This document shows positions 23,649-36,351 of a stretch of 64,000 nucleotides of DNA, in pieces. The number at the start of each line of letters is the position of its first letter. Position 1 is the stretch's first letter. A model generated the notes under the pieces. It was not told the origin of the DNA, ran no database searches, and was given only the letters and a program-made list of their open reading frames with translations. The stretch is from Tubulanus polymorphus (Eukaryota > Animalia > Nemertea). Both the position numbers and the translations under genes were made by a program. The stretch covers positions 22,652,210 through 22,716,209 of the forward strand of contig NC_134030.1 of the NCBI RefSeq assembly GCF_964204645.1. The letters are read 5' to 3'.

Positions 23649-26600
23649 TTTTTCGAATCCTTCGATGCTTTGTGCGTCGTGTGTGATTTCGTTTTCGGTC
23701 CCGGTTTTTTGGGAACTTTTTCGCCCGGTTTTTTCACATTCAACAACGGGTGAATTTCTATAAAGAAAGAAAAAATACAAACTAAGAGCGATATTTTTGA
23801 GGAAGAGAAGAAAGAGGAAAGACTTAAAAGTTTATCTAGAATACTAGAAATATTTCGGAGTGTGTTTGTCTTAACTGATAAGAAATTACAACTCGAACTC
23901 AAGCCGTGAGACTCTTACCATCGATAGGAGCGTCCGGTAATTCTATATCGATCGGTTTCAGTTTTTTTTTCCGCGGACTCTGATCGACCGAAGCTCGTTT
24001 TTTGTCCGGTCTCGAGGCCGAATTATTCGCATCTTCTGCTGCCTGAAAATATAAACCGTTCAATGAGAATGAGTGTGATATCTGAGCTGGGAAGACGCGT
24101 GAAACCTGGCGGAGTTCCCCTCGCGGAGTTCCCCTCACTACCCTCACCTGAGATTGTTGTTCTGGAAGCGCCCAACCTTCCTCCGGCTCATCTATATCGG
24201 GAGCGACCGGTAAAAATAGTAACGCATGATCATCTTCATTTTCCTCATCACTACAAAAAGACAAACAACATTGAATGATCATAGGTCACATTCGGGGGAG
24301 GGGTTCTGTTAGGGGGTGGGGGTACTGTTAGGGGTGGGGGTACTGTTAGGGGGTGGGGGTACTGTTTGGGGGGGGGGTATATTTTACCTGCTCACAAATG
24401 CATTTATTGGCTCTACGTCCACTACATCGACTTCTTCATCTTCCTCTAGAGTTTCTACAAATAATTATCTCATGATGTCATAGGGTGATTTTATTGAGGT
24501 AGACATCTTTTCTGGAAGTGAAGCTAGCTAATTTGATGATGTCCACAAGTCAGACATCTTGTGTCTATAGATCAAATCACTAGAATACAATTTGATGATG
24601 TCATAGGGGGATTTATGGAGGCAGATATCTTTTCTAGAAGTGTCTATAGATCTAATCACTAGTAGACAATTTGATGATGTCATAGGGGGATTTATGGAGG
24701 CAGACATCTTTTCTAGAAGTTTCTATAGATCAAATCACTAGTAGACAAATTGAAGATGTCATAGGGGGATGTATGGAGGCAGACATATTTTCTTGAGTCA
24801 CACAAGAAGAGATGTCTGCCTCCATAAATCCCCAGAGTCTATAACATCGAATCCCTAGCAGTTTGATGATGTCATAGGGTGATTAAACGGAGGCAGCCAT
24901 GTTTTACCTTTATGATCCTCCACTATTTTGTCCTCATCTTCGATGTCGAATTCGGATTCTCGTTCCTGATATTCGACGTTTTCCTCCAATTCTTTAAAAT
25001 CCGGAGCAAACGCGCTCCAATTCTCCTGCGAATAGAACACACCATAGACAACAACAGGTGACTACAACGTTAATCTAGAGGCCAGTTGCACAGTCGTGAC
25101 TTAAGTCCAAAAGTGGTCTTAAATCTTTAGACTGGTCTTAAGTTGTTAGATTGGCTATAGAACTAAGTTGGTCTTAAGTCTAAGCCATGAATATGCAACC
25201 GGCCCCAGGGTTTAACAGTCAATTGAGACTAATCATTTAAACCTGACTGAGCTCATTTAGTTCAGCTCCACAGCAGTTTGACTTAAGTTAATTTCGGTCA
25301 AATTTCACAATTAAACCCGGACTAAGCTAATATTGGTCCTGTTTCATACTTGAGATACAATATTAGATCGAGCTATGCTCATTTTGGTTCGATCTTAGGC
25401 AAAATGAAAACCAGAATTAACAGTAATTAGTTTTTCGATGCTTACAACTTGATTTTGAGCCCAAACGGACACAACTCCGCTCGATATGGAAGCAATGATT
25501 GGTCGAACTGGATGCCACTGAAAATATAATATAATAATGCTCACAATAATTAAACAGCTCCGCAGAAGTGTTTCACGTTTCACGGGTTTCATGTTTAACG
25601 TACCACTACATCGAGTAAAAGTTCGCCCTTCGTACCGTGTAGGATTTTCACTAGATTACCGATACTTTTCTCCCAGATATAGAGGGCGTGTTGTCTCGCC
25701 GAGCCGGCGCAGATAAACTCTCCATCTCCGGAGAAACAACACTTCTTCCATAGAGTCCTAAAATACAAACAACTCACATTGACTTCCTCCGCGCACGCCA
25801 TGAAGCTCATTACCTCTGATCGAAACATGCCTCTGATTACCACATGCCTCTGATCGAAACATGCCTCTGATTACCACATGCCTCTGATTACCATGTGTCC
25901 CACATGAAAGAATGTTTAAAATTTTCCTGCTGCTCCCCAGAATTCACTTGAGAAAATTTATCATTGGTCCTACACTCTGGGTCTAGTATCTGAAACAACC
26001 AACCTTATGGAACGGCCTCAGTTACTAGACCCTGATGAATGCCCAGAGAGGCTAAGGATGAGATGGAAGGGCTGGCGAGATGAAAGGGCCGATGAGATGG
26101 AAGGGCTGATGAGACGGAAGGGCCGATGAGATGGAAGGGCTGGCGAGATGGAAGGGCTGATGAGACGGAAGGGCCGATGAGATGGAAGGGCTGATGAGAT
26201 GGAAGGGCCGATGAGATTGAAGGGCTGATGAGATGGAAGGGCTGATGAGCCTGTTACTCACTTGTTAACGAGATCCTGTAGTTTCTGTATCGGTTCCGGT
26301 TCGCCATTTTTACCGCAAGCTAAAACTTCACCACTTTCATAAACGCGAATAATTCTATCGGCTGAATTCACCAGGAAACAACTACAATATAATTCTATCG
26401 GCTGAATTCACCAGGAAACAACTACAATATAATTCTATCGGCTGAATTCACCAGGAAACAACTACAATATAATTCTATCGGCTGAATTCACCAGGAAACA
26501 ACTACAATATAATTCTATCGGCTGAATTCAACTACAATATAATTCTATCGGCTGAATTCACCAGGAAACAACTACAATATAATCATCACTGATACACAAG

Positions 26601-29388
26601 TGCCCGGTAGCGTGGAATTCCACATATAGTTCCACACTTGTGGATCTCAGTGTTAAAAGAACCCAATTACCCACAGATCTGGCTCTGTTGTTCTAAGTCA
26701 AATTTCCACCAAGTAATGGAGTATTTAATCGGTGTGATTTTCTAATAGAAGTGTACAGTATATTCAGTTAATTACTCACTTGCCACGACGAGCAAACTCA
26801 ATTGATTTAATAGCTGTTGTACTCGATGACCCCGTCGTCACGCGGAACGATGCCATTAATTTCATCGACTTTGTTTCGAACACGAGCATCCGGCCTTTAG
26901 CATTACCCGTGTAGATGTACTGTCCGCGTCGGTCGAACGCAGCTACGATATTCAAATCAGACTGAAAATACAACAGAGACACCTGGTGGATCCTCACTTG
27001 CCAAGACGGAATCCTCTATTGCCGCAGTAGTTGATCCTACTGCACACTAGTGACACATGGTGGATCCTCACTTGCCGCAAGTGGAATCCTCTTTTGCCAC
27101 AGTAGTTGATATCCTACTGCACACTAGCGACACCTGGTGGATCCTCACTTGCCACAGCTTGAATCCTCTATTGCCGCAGTAGTTGATGTCCTACTGCACA
27201 CTAGCGACACCTGTTGGATCTTTGCTTGCCAAAAGTGGAATCCGCTATTGTTCCAGTAGTTGAAGTCCTACTGCACACTAGTGACACCTGGTGGATACTC
27301 ACTTACTTGTAGCCAGTGCTGAACAACGTCAATATTTAAGAGAAAAGGGGTCTAGATATCAGAGAGTTAACTTACATCATCGTCTAAAGGAACTACTGTG
27401 CTGCCATCTATAACATCCATTAGAACAGCCGCATGTTTCACTGGACAAACGAGAAACTTATTGCTGCAACAAAAATTAACCATGATTAAATAACTCTCTC
27501 TTTCTGTAGAGATTCTCATTCTGACGGGTTTATGATTGAGTCAGTACCTGTTACGCGGGTGAAACTGTATTTTCAGTATCGGTGACGGAAATCGATAAGT
27601 CTTATCACATTCACCTGATAATACATCCCACACTGATACGGTATTATCAGTGGAAGCGCTCAGTAGTTTCTGACCATTTCGATTCCAGCTGTAATATACA
27701 CAAATATTCATTAGAATCAGACTATAATTTATGATGTAGGATCCATTTGTTTTGTGTCAATCTCAGGAACTCTGGAATTTTGACATCTTTATCGCAACAA
27801 AATACCAGGGGTCGGGTTTTTTAGACTGGTATTAACTTTAACTCTGGGGCTAACTGAATCGAAAAGATGACTTGAGTTAACCCCGGCCGGGTTAAAGTTA
27901 ATACCAACCATATAAAACCGACCCAAGAATTGTTCACAATTTTTCTAATGCCAAGGTTCGAATACATTTAACATCGAAATGTTTTCAGACATTTCTTGAT
28001 TCACAGATTATTCAAAATTTCCAAAGTGTGAATCTGATCCTATCAATGCCATTGAGGAATTGCAAACTGAATTTAAAAGAAAGGCAATTTTTCGGGATGT
28101 GCACGCACACCTACCTGAGTGAGCAAACCGGATGGACGTGGGACTGGATGATTTTGGCGATCCCTCGAGTTAGGAAATCCCAGACGACTATACGTCCGTC
28201 GTTGCAGCCGACCGCGAGCATCGTGCCACGTTTATTGAAAGTACACGTGACGGCGATACTGACGCAATCCAACGTTCCATCAAAATCCTATCAAACAGAC
28301 AATTATAGAGACTTTCAGTTAAAATCAGTTCAATTTCACGCACTGGGCACAGATTTGTAAATTGTAATTTCTGATCTGTATAGAATAACATTGTAAATTG
28401 TAATTTCTTATTTGTAAATTCCGATCCTGGATCCGGTTCCACAGTTGTGAATTAAGATATTAGATCTTATCTATTCAAGACCTGTTTTAGATCATTTTTG
28501 TTCAATAGCCAAACGACTTAAAATCAGGCTTAAGATTCTAAGTCAACAGGGCCCAGAACCCGGTTCCACAGATTTGTGTTAAGATTTAACTCAAAAGTAA
28601 ACTAATCGATGAAAATGAACTGACTTTAACTCAGAGTTAACTCTAACTCACAACTGTGGAACTGGATCCTGAACTGGGTTCTGTTTCTGTTGTACAGTCG
28701 TGAGTGAAGTTCAATTAAACTATGCTTAAACTAAATTGACAATAGAATATAGTCTAAAGACTGGCCTCAAATCAATAAAACAATGCCTCGGCAATGCTGA
28801 GCCCATTGTGATTCAATCACTGATAGATCTTACCTCGGGATAATTTTGACCAAACGATTCTGAAAAAAAGATGTCAAAAGAAAATCTTCAGTTCAGTAGT
28901 AAGTAAAATAATTTGACATTTAGAACCGCCTTTCAATGAAGACTTTTTGAATATCCTTCAATCAGTGTAAAATGAAATGGATTAAAAATCAATGTTTTAT
29001 AGGTCAGCTGCCAGTGCTTTCTGGTCCTAACTTCTATCAGGTATGCACCACCAGAACTGACAGAGGTAGGCCACCTTATGTCCTCTCAAGCTGAAGGAGA
29101 CATTAGTCAGTAAAGCAAGGTAATTAAAAATCGCCACTTCACAATTCTATATCATTATTAGGGAGGTACGCAGAAAAAAACTTAAATTCTGAACACAAGT
29201 TCTCACTCCTCACTGTATTATAATTGCTAGAAACATCCGAAAATAGTAAAATAATCGCGGAAAGGCCCAGTACTAGTAGTAGAGTGAACGTCAGAGTGGC
29301 CCCTGGCAGGCGAATGATGGTTGTTCAGTAAGGATGTTTTCAGTAGCTTTACAGCGATTAAATTCATACCTAACAATTCTAAATTCAT
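23621..29388 (-). CDS. RBBP5: Retinoblastoma-binding protein 5 (WD40 subunit of COMPASS/MLL complexes)
   Basis: 14 in-frame exons: 29388-29370, 28859-28834, 28287-28115, 27688-27548, 27463-27376, 26961-26780, 26381-26262, 25757-25604, 25517-25446, 25025-24908, 24454-24388, 24250-24148, 24042-23919, 23757-23621. Motifs [54 protein letters not shown]. Confidence 0.97.
24470..24900. repeat. 79-bp dispersed satellite family, locus 1
   Basis: Unit gatgtcatagggggatttatggaggcagacatcttttctagaagtgtctatagatcaaatcactagtagacaatttgat. Confidence 0.9.
25080..25205. mobile_element. MITE (ggccagttgca TIR family)
   Basis: TIRs present; relatives at 6541-6677, about 54788-54918 and about 56755-56880. Confidence 0.75.
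26055..26250. repeat. 18-bp minisatellite (gatgagatggaagggct) next to an RBBP5 donor
   Basis: About 11 copies. Confidence 0.9.
26349..26583 (-). repeat. 40-bp tandem array of an RBBP5 acceptor plus exon start, 6 copies
   Basis: Minus-strand unit tatattgtag|ttgtttcctggtgaattcagccgatagaat; one copy has a 10-nt deletion. Confidence 0.95.
26978..27305. repeat. About 77-bp dispersed satellite family, about 4 copies
   Basis: gacacctggtggatcctcacttgcc...ctactgcacactag; the same family is inverted at 51522-51710. Confidence 0.88.
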
Positions 29389-29747
29389 GATTGCCGTCGA
29401 CGAATATTCAATGTGAACAATATAAAACTGATTCGCAACAAATCCGTCGATGTTTTCTGTCAATTTTCGTCGAATTTGATCGAAATTCGGTCGATTTTTA
29501 CGAGCGCTTTTTGCCGGCTTCCATATTGGAATTAGCTATTCGTCGGATTTGTATTCAAACTTCTCAGCGTTGATCCACCCACAACAGCCAGCGACCGATC
29601 ATTAGGGTTAGGGTTATGGAGGTTGGGGTTGAGGCTTGGTCGGCTCCGGATTAGGGTTGTTAAACCGGCTGTCGCGGATGCAATCTAACCCTAGCTCGCG
29701 AAGAGGGCGACACACTATGACGTCATATCCGCTGTATATTGACCAAA
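29389..29747. promoter_or_regulatory. Bidirectional promoter region, RBBP5 / Ig-superfamily gene
   Basis: Divergent ATGs 360 bp apart; palindromic CRE tatgacgtcata at 29716-29727; TTAGGG motifs at 29602-29616. Confidence 0.65.
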
Positions 29748-32700
29748 ATGGAGTCTGTGGTGTATTCAATGATCGCGTTCTTCAGTTTGATTTTGTTCAT
29801 ACCCGAAGGTAAAGATTCATTCAATCAATCTGTTCTGATATGTATGAAGTGAGGCTGAAAGGTTTGGGGGATCCGATCCGCCGGACGGAGAGGGGGGAGG
29901 GCGCGAAGAGGTACCACCACTCAACTTGACTTCGTCTTCAGACTTTTGGGTTTGCCCTTTTTCGACTGTGGCATATGACTCATAATATCTACAAAATCGA
30001 ATCGAAACAATTCACACTAGTTTATTGGCACATTTCTTGAATCATACCATCTTACCTAATTTACAACTTAATGTTGTGTTGGTGGTCAAAATTATGGAAT
30101 AGAAAGTGAAAAAAATGAAACGCCCGATACCCGTGAGGGCGGAAGGGCAGGCACGGGTACCCCCGTTACCAGAGAGAGTTGAGGGAAATCGATGTTAATT
30201 GTGATAGTTGTGTATTGTAGGTTATTGCGGTATAACACCTACCGTATCAATCCTGTTATTCCGACCTGAAGATGGAAGAACCGATATCGGTGACATCTAT
30301 GTCAATTTGAAAGATGATTTAATCATTGAATGTCAAATCGATAATATGCCTCCGGAAACAAAGGTACGTTCCCGTAATTCAATCTCGGATTTACTTCCAA
30401 ACGTGTTCTCACACTCTTAAGACTGGTATTAAGTTATTAGATTGACTAAAATTTGAAAATTTAAAAAAAATAAAATCTTTTCTAGAAGTGTCTATAGATC
30501 AAATCACTAGTAGACAATTTGATGATGTCATAGGGGGATTTATGGAGGCAGACATCTTTTCTAGAAGTGTCTATTGATCAAATCACTAGTAGACGATTTG
30601 ATGATGTAATAGGGGGATTTATGGAGGCAGAAATCTTTTCTTAAAGATGTCTACAGGTCTACAGATCAGTTCATTAGTAGACAATTTGATGATGTCATAG
30701 GGGGATTTGCAACATTTTGCTTGCGATGACTCCTGGAATTTTTTACTTTTCTCCAGGGCCGGGTTTCATAGATGTGGAAACAAAATAGTCCCTGGGAATA
30801 TTTTGAAATTTGTCAGTTATAACCATGGTTTCTCATTGTTACTATGGTGGTTGTCACCTAGATTGAGGATTTACCCCTAGGGATAACTTTGATACTCAGT
30901 CTATGGAACCGGGGCCTGGAGTTCCCGGAAAACACCTGGGCCCGGTTTTATAGACTGAGTATCAAAGTTATCCCTAGGGATAAATCCTCAATCTCGGTGA
31001 CAAGACAACCACCATACTAACAATGTGAAACCATGGTTATAACTGACAAATTTCAAAATTTTCACAGGGATTATTTTTCTTCCACATCTATTGAAGTTAA
31101 TTGTGGTAACTTATAACCAGCGTTGTGGGTCGCAATAACTGTTGACCAGGGACGGCTAAAGGCTGAGACAAGACCGGGAGCCTGAGAGAGTAACAAGTCC
31201 GAACACGTTCGTTTCTTGATGCTAACTGATGATATTTATTCTGTACTACACTAACACAAACTAAAAATAGGTTACAGTCACAGTCCTCGGCCACCCAGGG
31301 GTCAGTTACTACGGCCAGCATCTGGCATGGATTAGCTATCTTACATGCCTGCCCACCGAAATACCCTTAGAATTAACGACATCTATGAAACCGGGCCCTG
31401 TAATTGCAGTTGCCCTGAAATGTAGGAACGTTGCTGCCTGCAGGTTCATATAAACATGTTTTACATGTATTTCAGGTTCAGTGGTATTTTGAGTCTGATT
31501 ACGCGACGACGCCGACGATGATTTCACTCGACATGTTATCCTACAATCCGAACAAGTATAAAATAGCTGTCGGTCAAGAGATGAATTCTTTTCGATTAAC
31601 GGTGAAATCAATGGAGGTTAAAGATACCGGAAAATATGAGTGTAAAGTTCACTACGCTCCTCAGACCGATCCGCTTACCGACTCCGTACGAGTTGTAGTC
31701 GGGGGTAAGTATAAATACCGGCCAGTCAATCCGGCTTAATCCGATCGGCATTTTGATTTAATCACGGTTTTTAACGGTTCGTTATGGGCGTATAAATTGC
31801 AGGAATATCCTCATGGCCTTGAAAAACTGAGGATATTAATTTGTTTGAAAAAGTCCGATAATTTTGGTGACTAGCAGTTGAGTCTTGTATTTCATGCTAT
31901 GCTGTACTCTATGCACACTGACAATTAGTGAAACCTAGAGAATTAACTTGTTTATTGAATCTATTTGTATTAATTCAGTCTTTGATTCCTTCAATAATCT
32001 ACTGTCTACCGGTATATTTCGTAATGAAATTGGCCTCGAAATCGTGTTCGAAATGTCAGTGAATTCAGATTAGCAATTCTTGTAATGAACGACTGTCGTT
32101 CTCTAGCTTCACAGTTCGGTCCAGTGCGTCGACACTGCTGTGCGATGTATGAATCTGATGGACTTTTCTAGTACACCGCATCGCGGTGTATTGGTGTAAT
32201 TAGTCATTAAGAAGTTATCTCTATTGGAGGATGGCAGCACCTGTCAAACACAGTAAAATATTAGTAACTAGAAATGAATACACTGCACCAAAGAGTTACG
32301 CCTGTTTGTCAACGTACTGGGGTGGAATTTTCAAATTATCTCTAGCCCTTTTTAGGGTATGAATTAGTCAGCAATGAAAGGGTTAAATTGAAAGATGGCA
32401 GCACCTGTCAAACAGTGAAATACTAGTAACTAACGATACATCGCGCTGCGGTGTAGAGGCACTATAGCGGTATCCCGTTATTCAACACACTAGGGCGGAA
32501 TTTCTCAAAGTTTTCAAATTATCTCTAGCACTATAGGGTATTAATTAGTCAGCACTGAAAGGGTTAAATTGATCTAACCCGGATGAAGCCTTGGTTTTTA
32601 TGCGCGTTCTATTTTTCAGAGAAGCCGATAATTCAGATGTCGATGTCGAGTACGGATAAAACTACGAAACAAGGCGACACAGTGGAGTTATCGTGCTATG

Positions 32701-35017
32701 CTCGCGGTTCTCCCGAGCCGAGGATTATCTGGAAACGTGGAGGTGGAGCTCAGTTACCGGGAGGCGGAGAGACTGTCGAGGTTAGTGACGATGTCGAATC
32801 AATGGGGGCGCTCTAGTCTCACACACACATCTACCGGAATTAGTTGTATGTTATTTTCATGTCGTAGGGTAACACTTTGCGATTGGAGAACGTTCAGCCC
32901 GATGCTCGTGGTTATTATATATGTGAAGCGATCAATGAAAGAGGACTGGCGACCATGAAAATACAACTTTACGTAGATTGTAAGTGGAGGATGAGAGACT
33001 GTCGTATAACAGTTCGAGAACCGTCGTTGCCTATGGCTTGTTTTCAATACCGCCCTCCCATTTATCGCCACCCCCGCCTACCGCCAGGGTTACTCAATGT
33101 ACATCTCTACTCAAATACATAATAAAACACCCCCGATATACCGCCCTCCCATTTACCGCCACCCCCGCCTACCACCTGGGTTACTACTCAATGTACATCT
33201 CTACTCAATTACATAATAAAACACCCCCAATATATCACCCTGCCATATATCGCCATCCTCGCCTACCGCCAGGTTTTCTCAATGTACATCTCTACTCAAA
33301 TACATAATAAAACACCCCCGATATACCGCCCTCCCATATACCGCCACCCCCGCCTACCGCCAGGTGCTCTCAATGTACATATCGATACAAATACATAGTA
33401 AAACACCCCCGATATACCACCCTTACATATACCACCACCCCCGCCTACCACCAGGGTTACTCAATATACATCTCTATACAAATACATAGTAAAACACCCC
33501 CGATATACCGCCATACTCTCTATACCACCAAAATCGTCCTGCACCGATGTGGGCCCGCGGTATATCGCGGGTTGACTATGATTATGATGATTATATTTTC
33601 AGTCCGTCCGATAATAAACGTTGATAATGCGGTTGAGTATCAGGCGCCTGGATACGTGAAGGGTTTAACTTGTATTGTTGAAGCGAACCCACAACCGAAA
33701 CATTCAGCTGTCGTCTGGTCTAAGGATGGAGTTCTTATAAAGCCGGATGAAAGGTATTATTCATGAACGCTATTATAGACTTGAATTTTCACCTTAGAAT
33801 AAACCGGGTTGGTGGACTGTAAAAAACACTAGTTCAGGGAACTTGAGTTTTGATGAACCCGGGTTGAACGGGTGAATAGCAGCGTCTGTACTGAACTCAG
33901 CTTCGATAGTAAGAAACCACATCTGTAGTTCAAGTTCAATGGGATACCGGCGAGGCTACTGCGGGAAGCGAGGATTAAGCGATAATCCGCCAGGATCGCT
34001 AATGGCACTGGGTTACCGCCCTTCAATTACATTTCAATAAACTTCGAGTCAAATTTTCTGATTAGTAAATCATTTTTCAGTGATATCAATACGATATACT
34101 GAGAGAGAAAGGAAATCTTATATCTATCAAATGACTCGTTTGATAATTATCGAATTTGGAAGCCTAAAAATGATGTTTGAATTTCATCAAAAATGAACTG
34201 ATTTTCACAACGAGTAACCCAATGTTTTGTTGCGCCATCTGGTGTTGCCGGTATCCCATTGTCGCGCCTGAACGCGCTGCGCATTGAACACGGGTTTAAT
34301 CTAGATAGAATGCAGAGTCTAATGCGAACTTGTTTCTAACGCAGAGTGAAGAAGAAGGATTTCTAAAACCTGTGTTTCCAGCGCAAGATTTACTAAAATG
34401 CGGACGTAGCTATTCACCTTACATTCCATTCTATCACAGAGTCGAGCTAAAAGCTCCCTTTCTGTCAATATGCACCTCGAACCTCCTCAGTCTGACACGC
34501 ATCACTTTTCACAGCCCTGACACATTTTTTTCAATATTGCAGCTCGTTTTAAGTGTTATTATTATTTTTACAGACATTCGATAGATTTCAATCTGGCGTC
34601 CGATTATCAAGTGATTTCGAGTATGGTTATAAAAGGTGTTCGACCGACTGATTACGGATTATACACGTGTCTCGCATCCAATCGGGAAGGTCAAGGCAGC
34701 GCGCAGATTAAATTAGAAGGTAACTTTGCTAAAACCCTACGTACTATCCGTTATCCTCCAGAGCTGACAACTGTTATTGATTTTCAGTGTTTGTCACTGT
34801 TTTATAATGAGAAATACTGATTAGATTTGTTTGATGCGTACAGAAATATACAGGAATTTGTTTGATTTGCGAATGTTGATTGTATTTTATAGAAAGTGAT
34901 CAAGGACGTCCGGATGGTAAAACAGGTCAGATAATCGCCGCAGCAACGCAAACATCCGTTTCATTCTTACTCGTCATCGTCAGTATCGTTTTAACGTTGA
35001 GGTTTAATTTACAATAG
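29748..35017 (+). CDS. Three-Ig-domain GPI-anchored cell adhesion protein (lachesin/amalgam/IgLON-like)
   Basis: In-frame exons 29748-29808, 30221-30363, 31476-31704, 32620-32780, 32868-32979, 33603-33753, 34574-34719, 34893-35017. Signal peptide; Ig motifs DTGKYEC, DARGYYICEA, DYGLYTCLA; hydrophobic C-terminal tail with no cytoplasmic domain. Confidence 0.87.
30475..30710. repeat. 79-bp dispersed satellite family, locus 2
   Basis: Same unit as 24470-24900, about 3 copies. Confidence 0.88.
30756..31400. mobile_element. Two inverted copies of a ~160-bp MITE; the second is split by a solo LTR
   Basis: 30756-30916 is the reverse complement of 30938-31091 plus 31387-31400. Confidence 0.8.
31092..31381 (-). 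mobile_element. Solo LTR, 290 bp
   Basis: TG...CA ends with imperfect inverted termini (tgaagttaatt / aattaacgaca), 5-bp TSD tctat, AATAAA on the minus strand; removing it restores the host MITE. Confidence 0.8.
33045..33580. repeat. About 92-bp tandem repeat derived from one end of a MITE
   Basis: About 5 copies containing aaaacacccccgatataccgcc; a single complementary end gcggtatatcgcgggttgactatg at about 33557-33580. Confidence 0.75.
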
Positions 35018-36130
35018 TGTCTCGAGGGGGCGCCCTTAGAACTACTCGAAGAACGCAGGGTGAGAGAGCTTATAAAAATCCTGACACCACTAGGGGGCAC
35101 CACGATAGGGGATCCATTAGGGATATCCCATTAACCATCGCTTGTCATGTATGTAAGGCAATATCTAAATTCCAATTAACCCTCAGTTACGTGGCCATTT
35201 TATGAAATCCATTTCATTGTCAATTGAAGTAATGTTTACTTATAATTGAGAATTGACGTATCTATTAAAACGCCCCCTAGTGGCAATTTCCATCGATTTT
35301 GAAAAAGAAAAAAAGAAAGAATATCAACATTTCTTATGGATTTTGTTTTGAATTCAGATATGTTAAACTAATGCATATTGATATTGTTTCTACAGTATAT
35401 CTCATTAACCCATCTATCATTATTGTTTATATATTGAGATTTGAGAACCTTGAAAAACACTATTTCTTATTTTTTTTAAAATCGATACCATTTGTAAAAC
35501 CTTGTTTAATAACCCTCCTCATATCAGCGGTTCCAGTGAACCCCATACCCTCTTATCAGGAGGTATGACATCATCTAGCAGTATCAATACATTCTGTGAG
35601 TATTTTCTGGTTTTAATGAACATTTTTTTCAAGGGTCTAAAAACTTGTATCATCAATCAAATAATTGTTGTATATATAATGCGTTGATTCACTATTTATA
35701 GGTGTATTAGAAACATTCAATTATAATTAAATGAAATTAGATGTTGATTTATATAAGAAATATGTAAAAATAATTGATAGAAATAAGCTTTCATTATTAT
35801 TATTATTATTATTATTAATTATGCGATAATTTGGCTATTTTTAGTGAATTATCATATTACCGGGTATATGAAAATTACATGGTATAAAATGAACGTTTCT
35901 GTAATAATGTAACTATTTCATCTATAATTGATACATGTGCAACAATCCACTTAGATTTTTCATCACTTAGCTATCACCATGGTAGTGATTGTTGCTACCA
36001 TTGGTGATTTGTTTACAGGGTCAGTTCTCTTGACCTTCAGGTTGACCGGGATTCAGTTCCACAGAAGACAGTTCTCCGAGTATAGGGGGTCAATTGACTA
36101 TTGAAAATGAACTAATTTTACCCTTCATTA

Positions 36131-36351
36131 GGCTAAAAAAAATTGATACCTTGTTTCTCCGCTCTGCTGAGCCTAAATGTTGACCCGGCCGGCCGCCTAT
36201 CTACCCTATACATTACTTTTTTTTAAAATCGTGATCAATTTCACCATAACAGACCCGGCCGCTATAGAAATGAACTGTTTACAAATTTTATCAATTTTTA
36301 CAAAAATGACCCGGCCGCTGCGGAGAAACAAGGTATCATTTTTGTTTAGCC
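36131..36351. mobile_element. 221-bp PIF/Harbinger-like MITE, second copy
   Basis: TTA TSD; reverse complement of 16717-16937. Confidence 0.88.

Noticed and set aside
26990-27305. Satellite unit resembling the neighbouring RBBP5 exon end (ctcacttgccac match)
   Set aside because: The same family occurs in an SLC5A7 intron, so local exon origin is unlikely; the similarity is short and may be chance.
29602-29616. Interstitial telomere
   Set aside because: Only 2.5 perfect units; kept only as a possible promoter motif.
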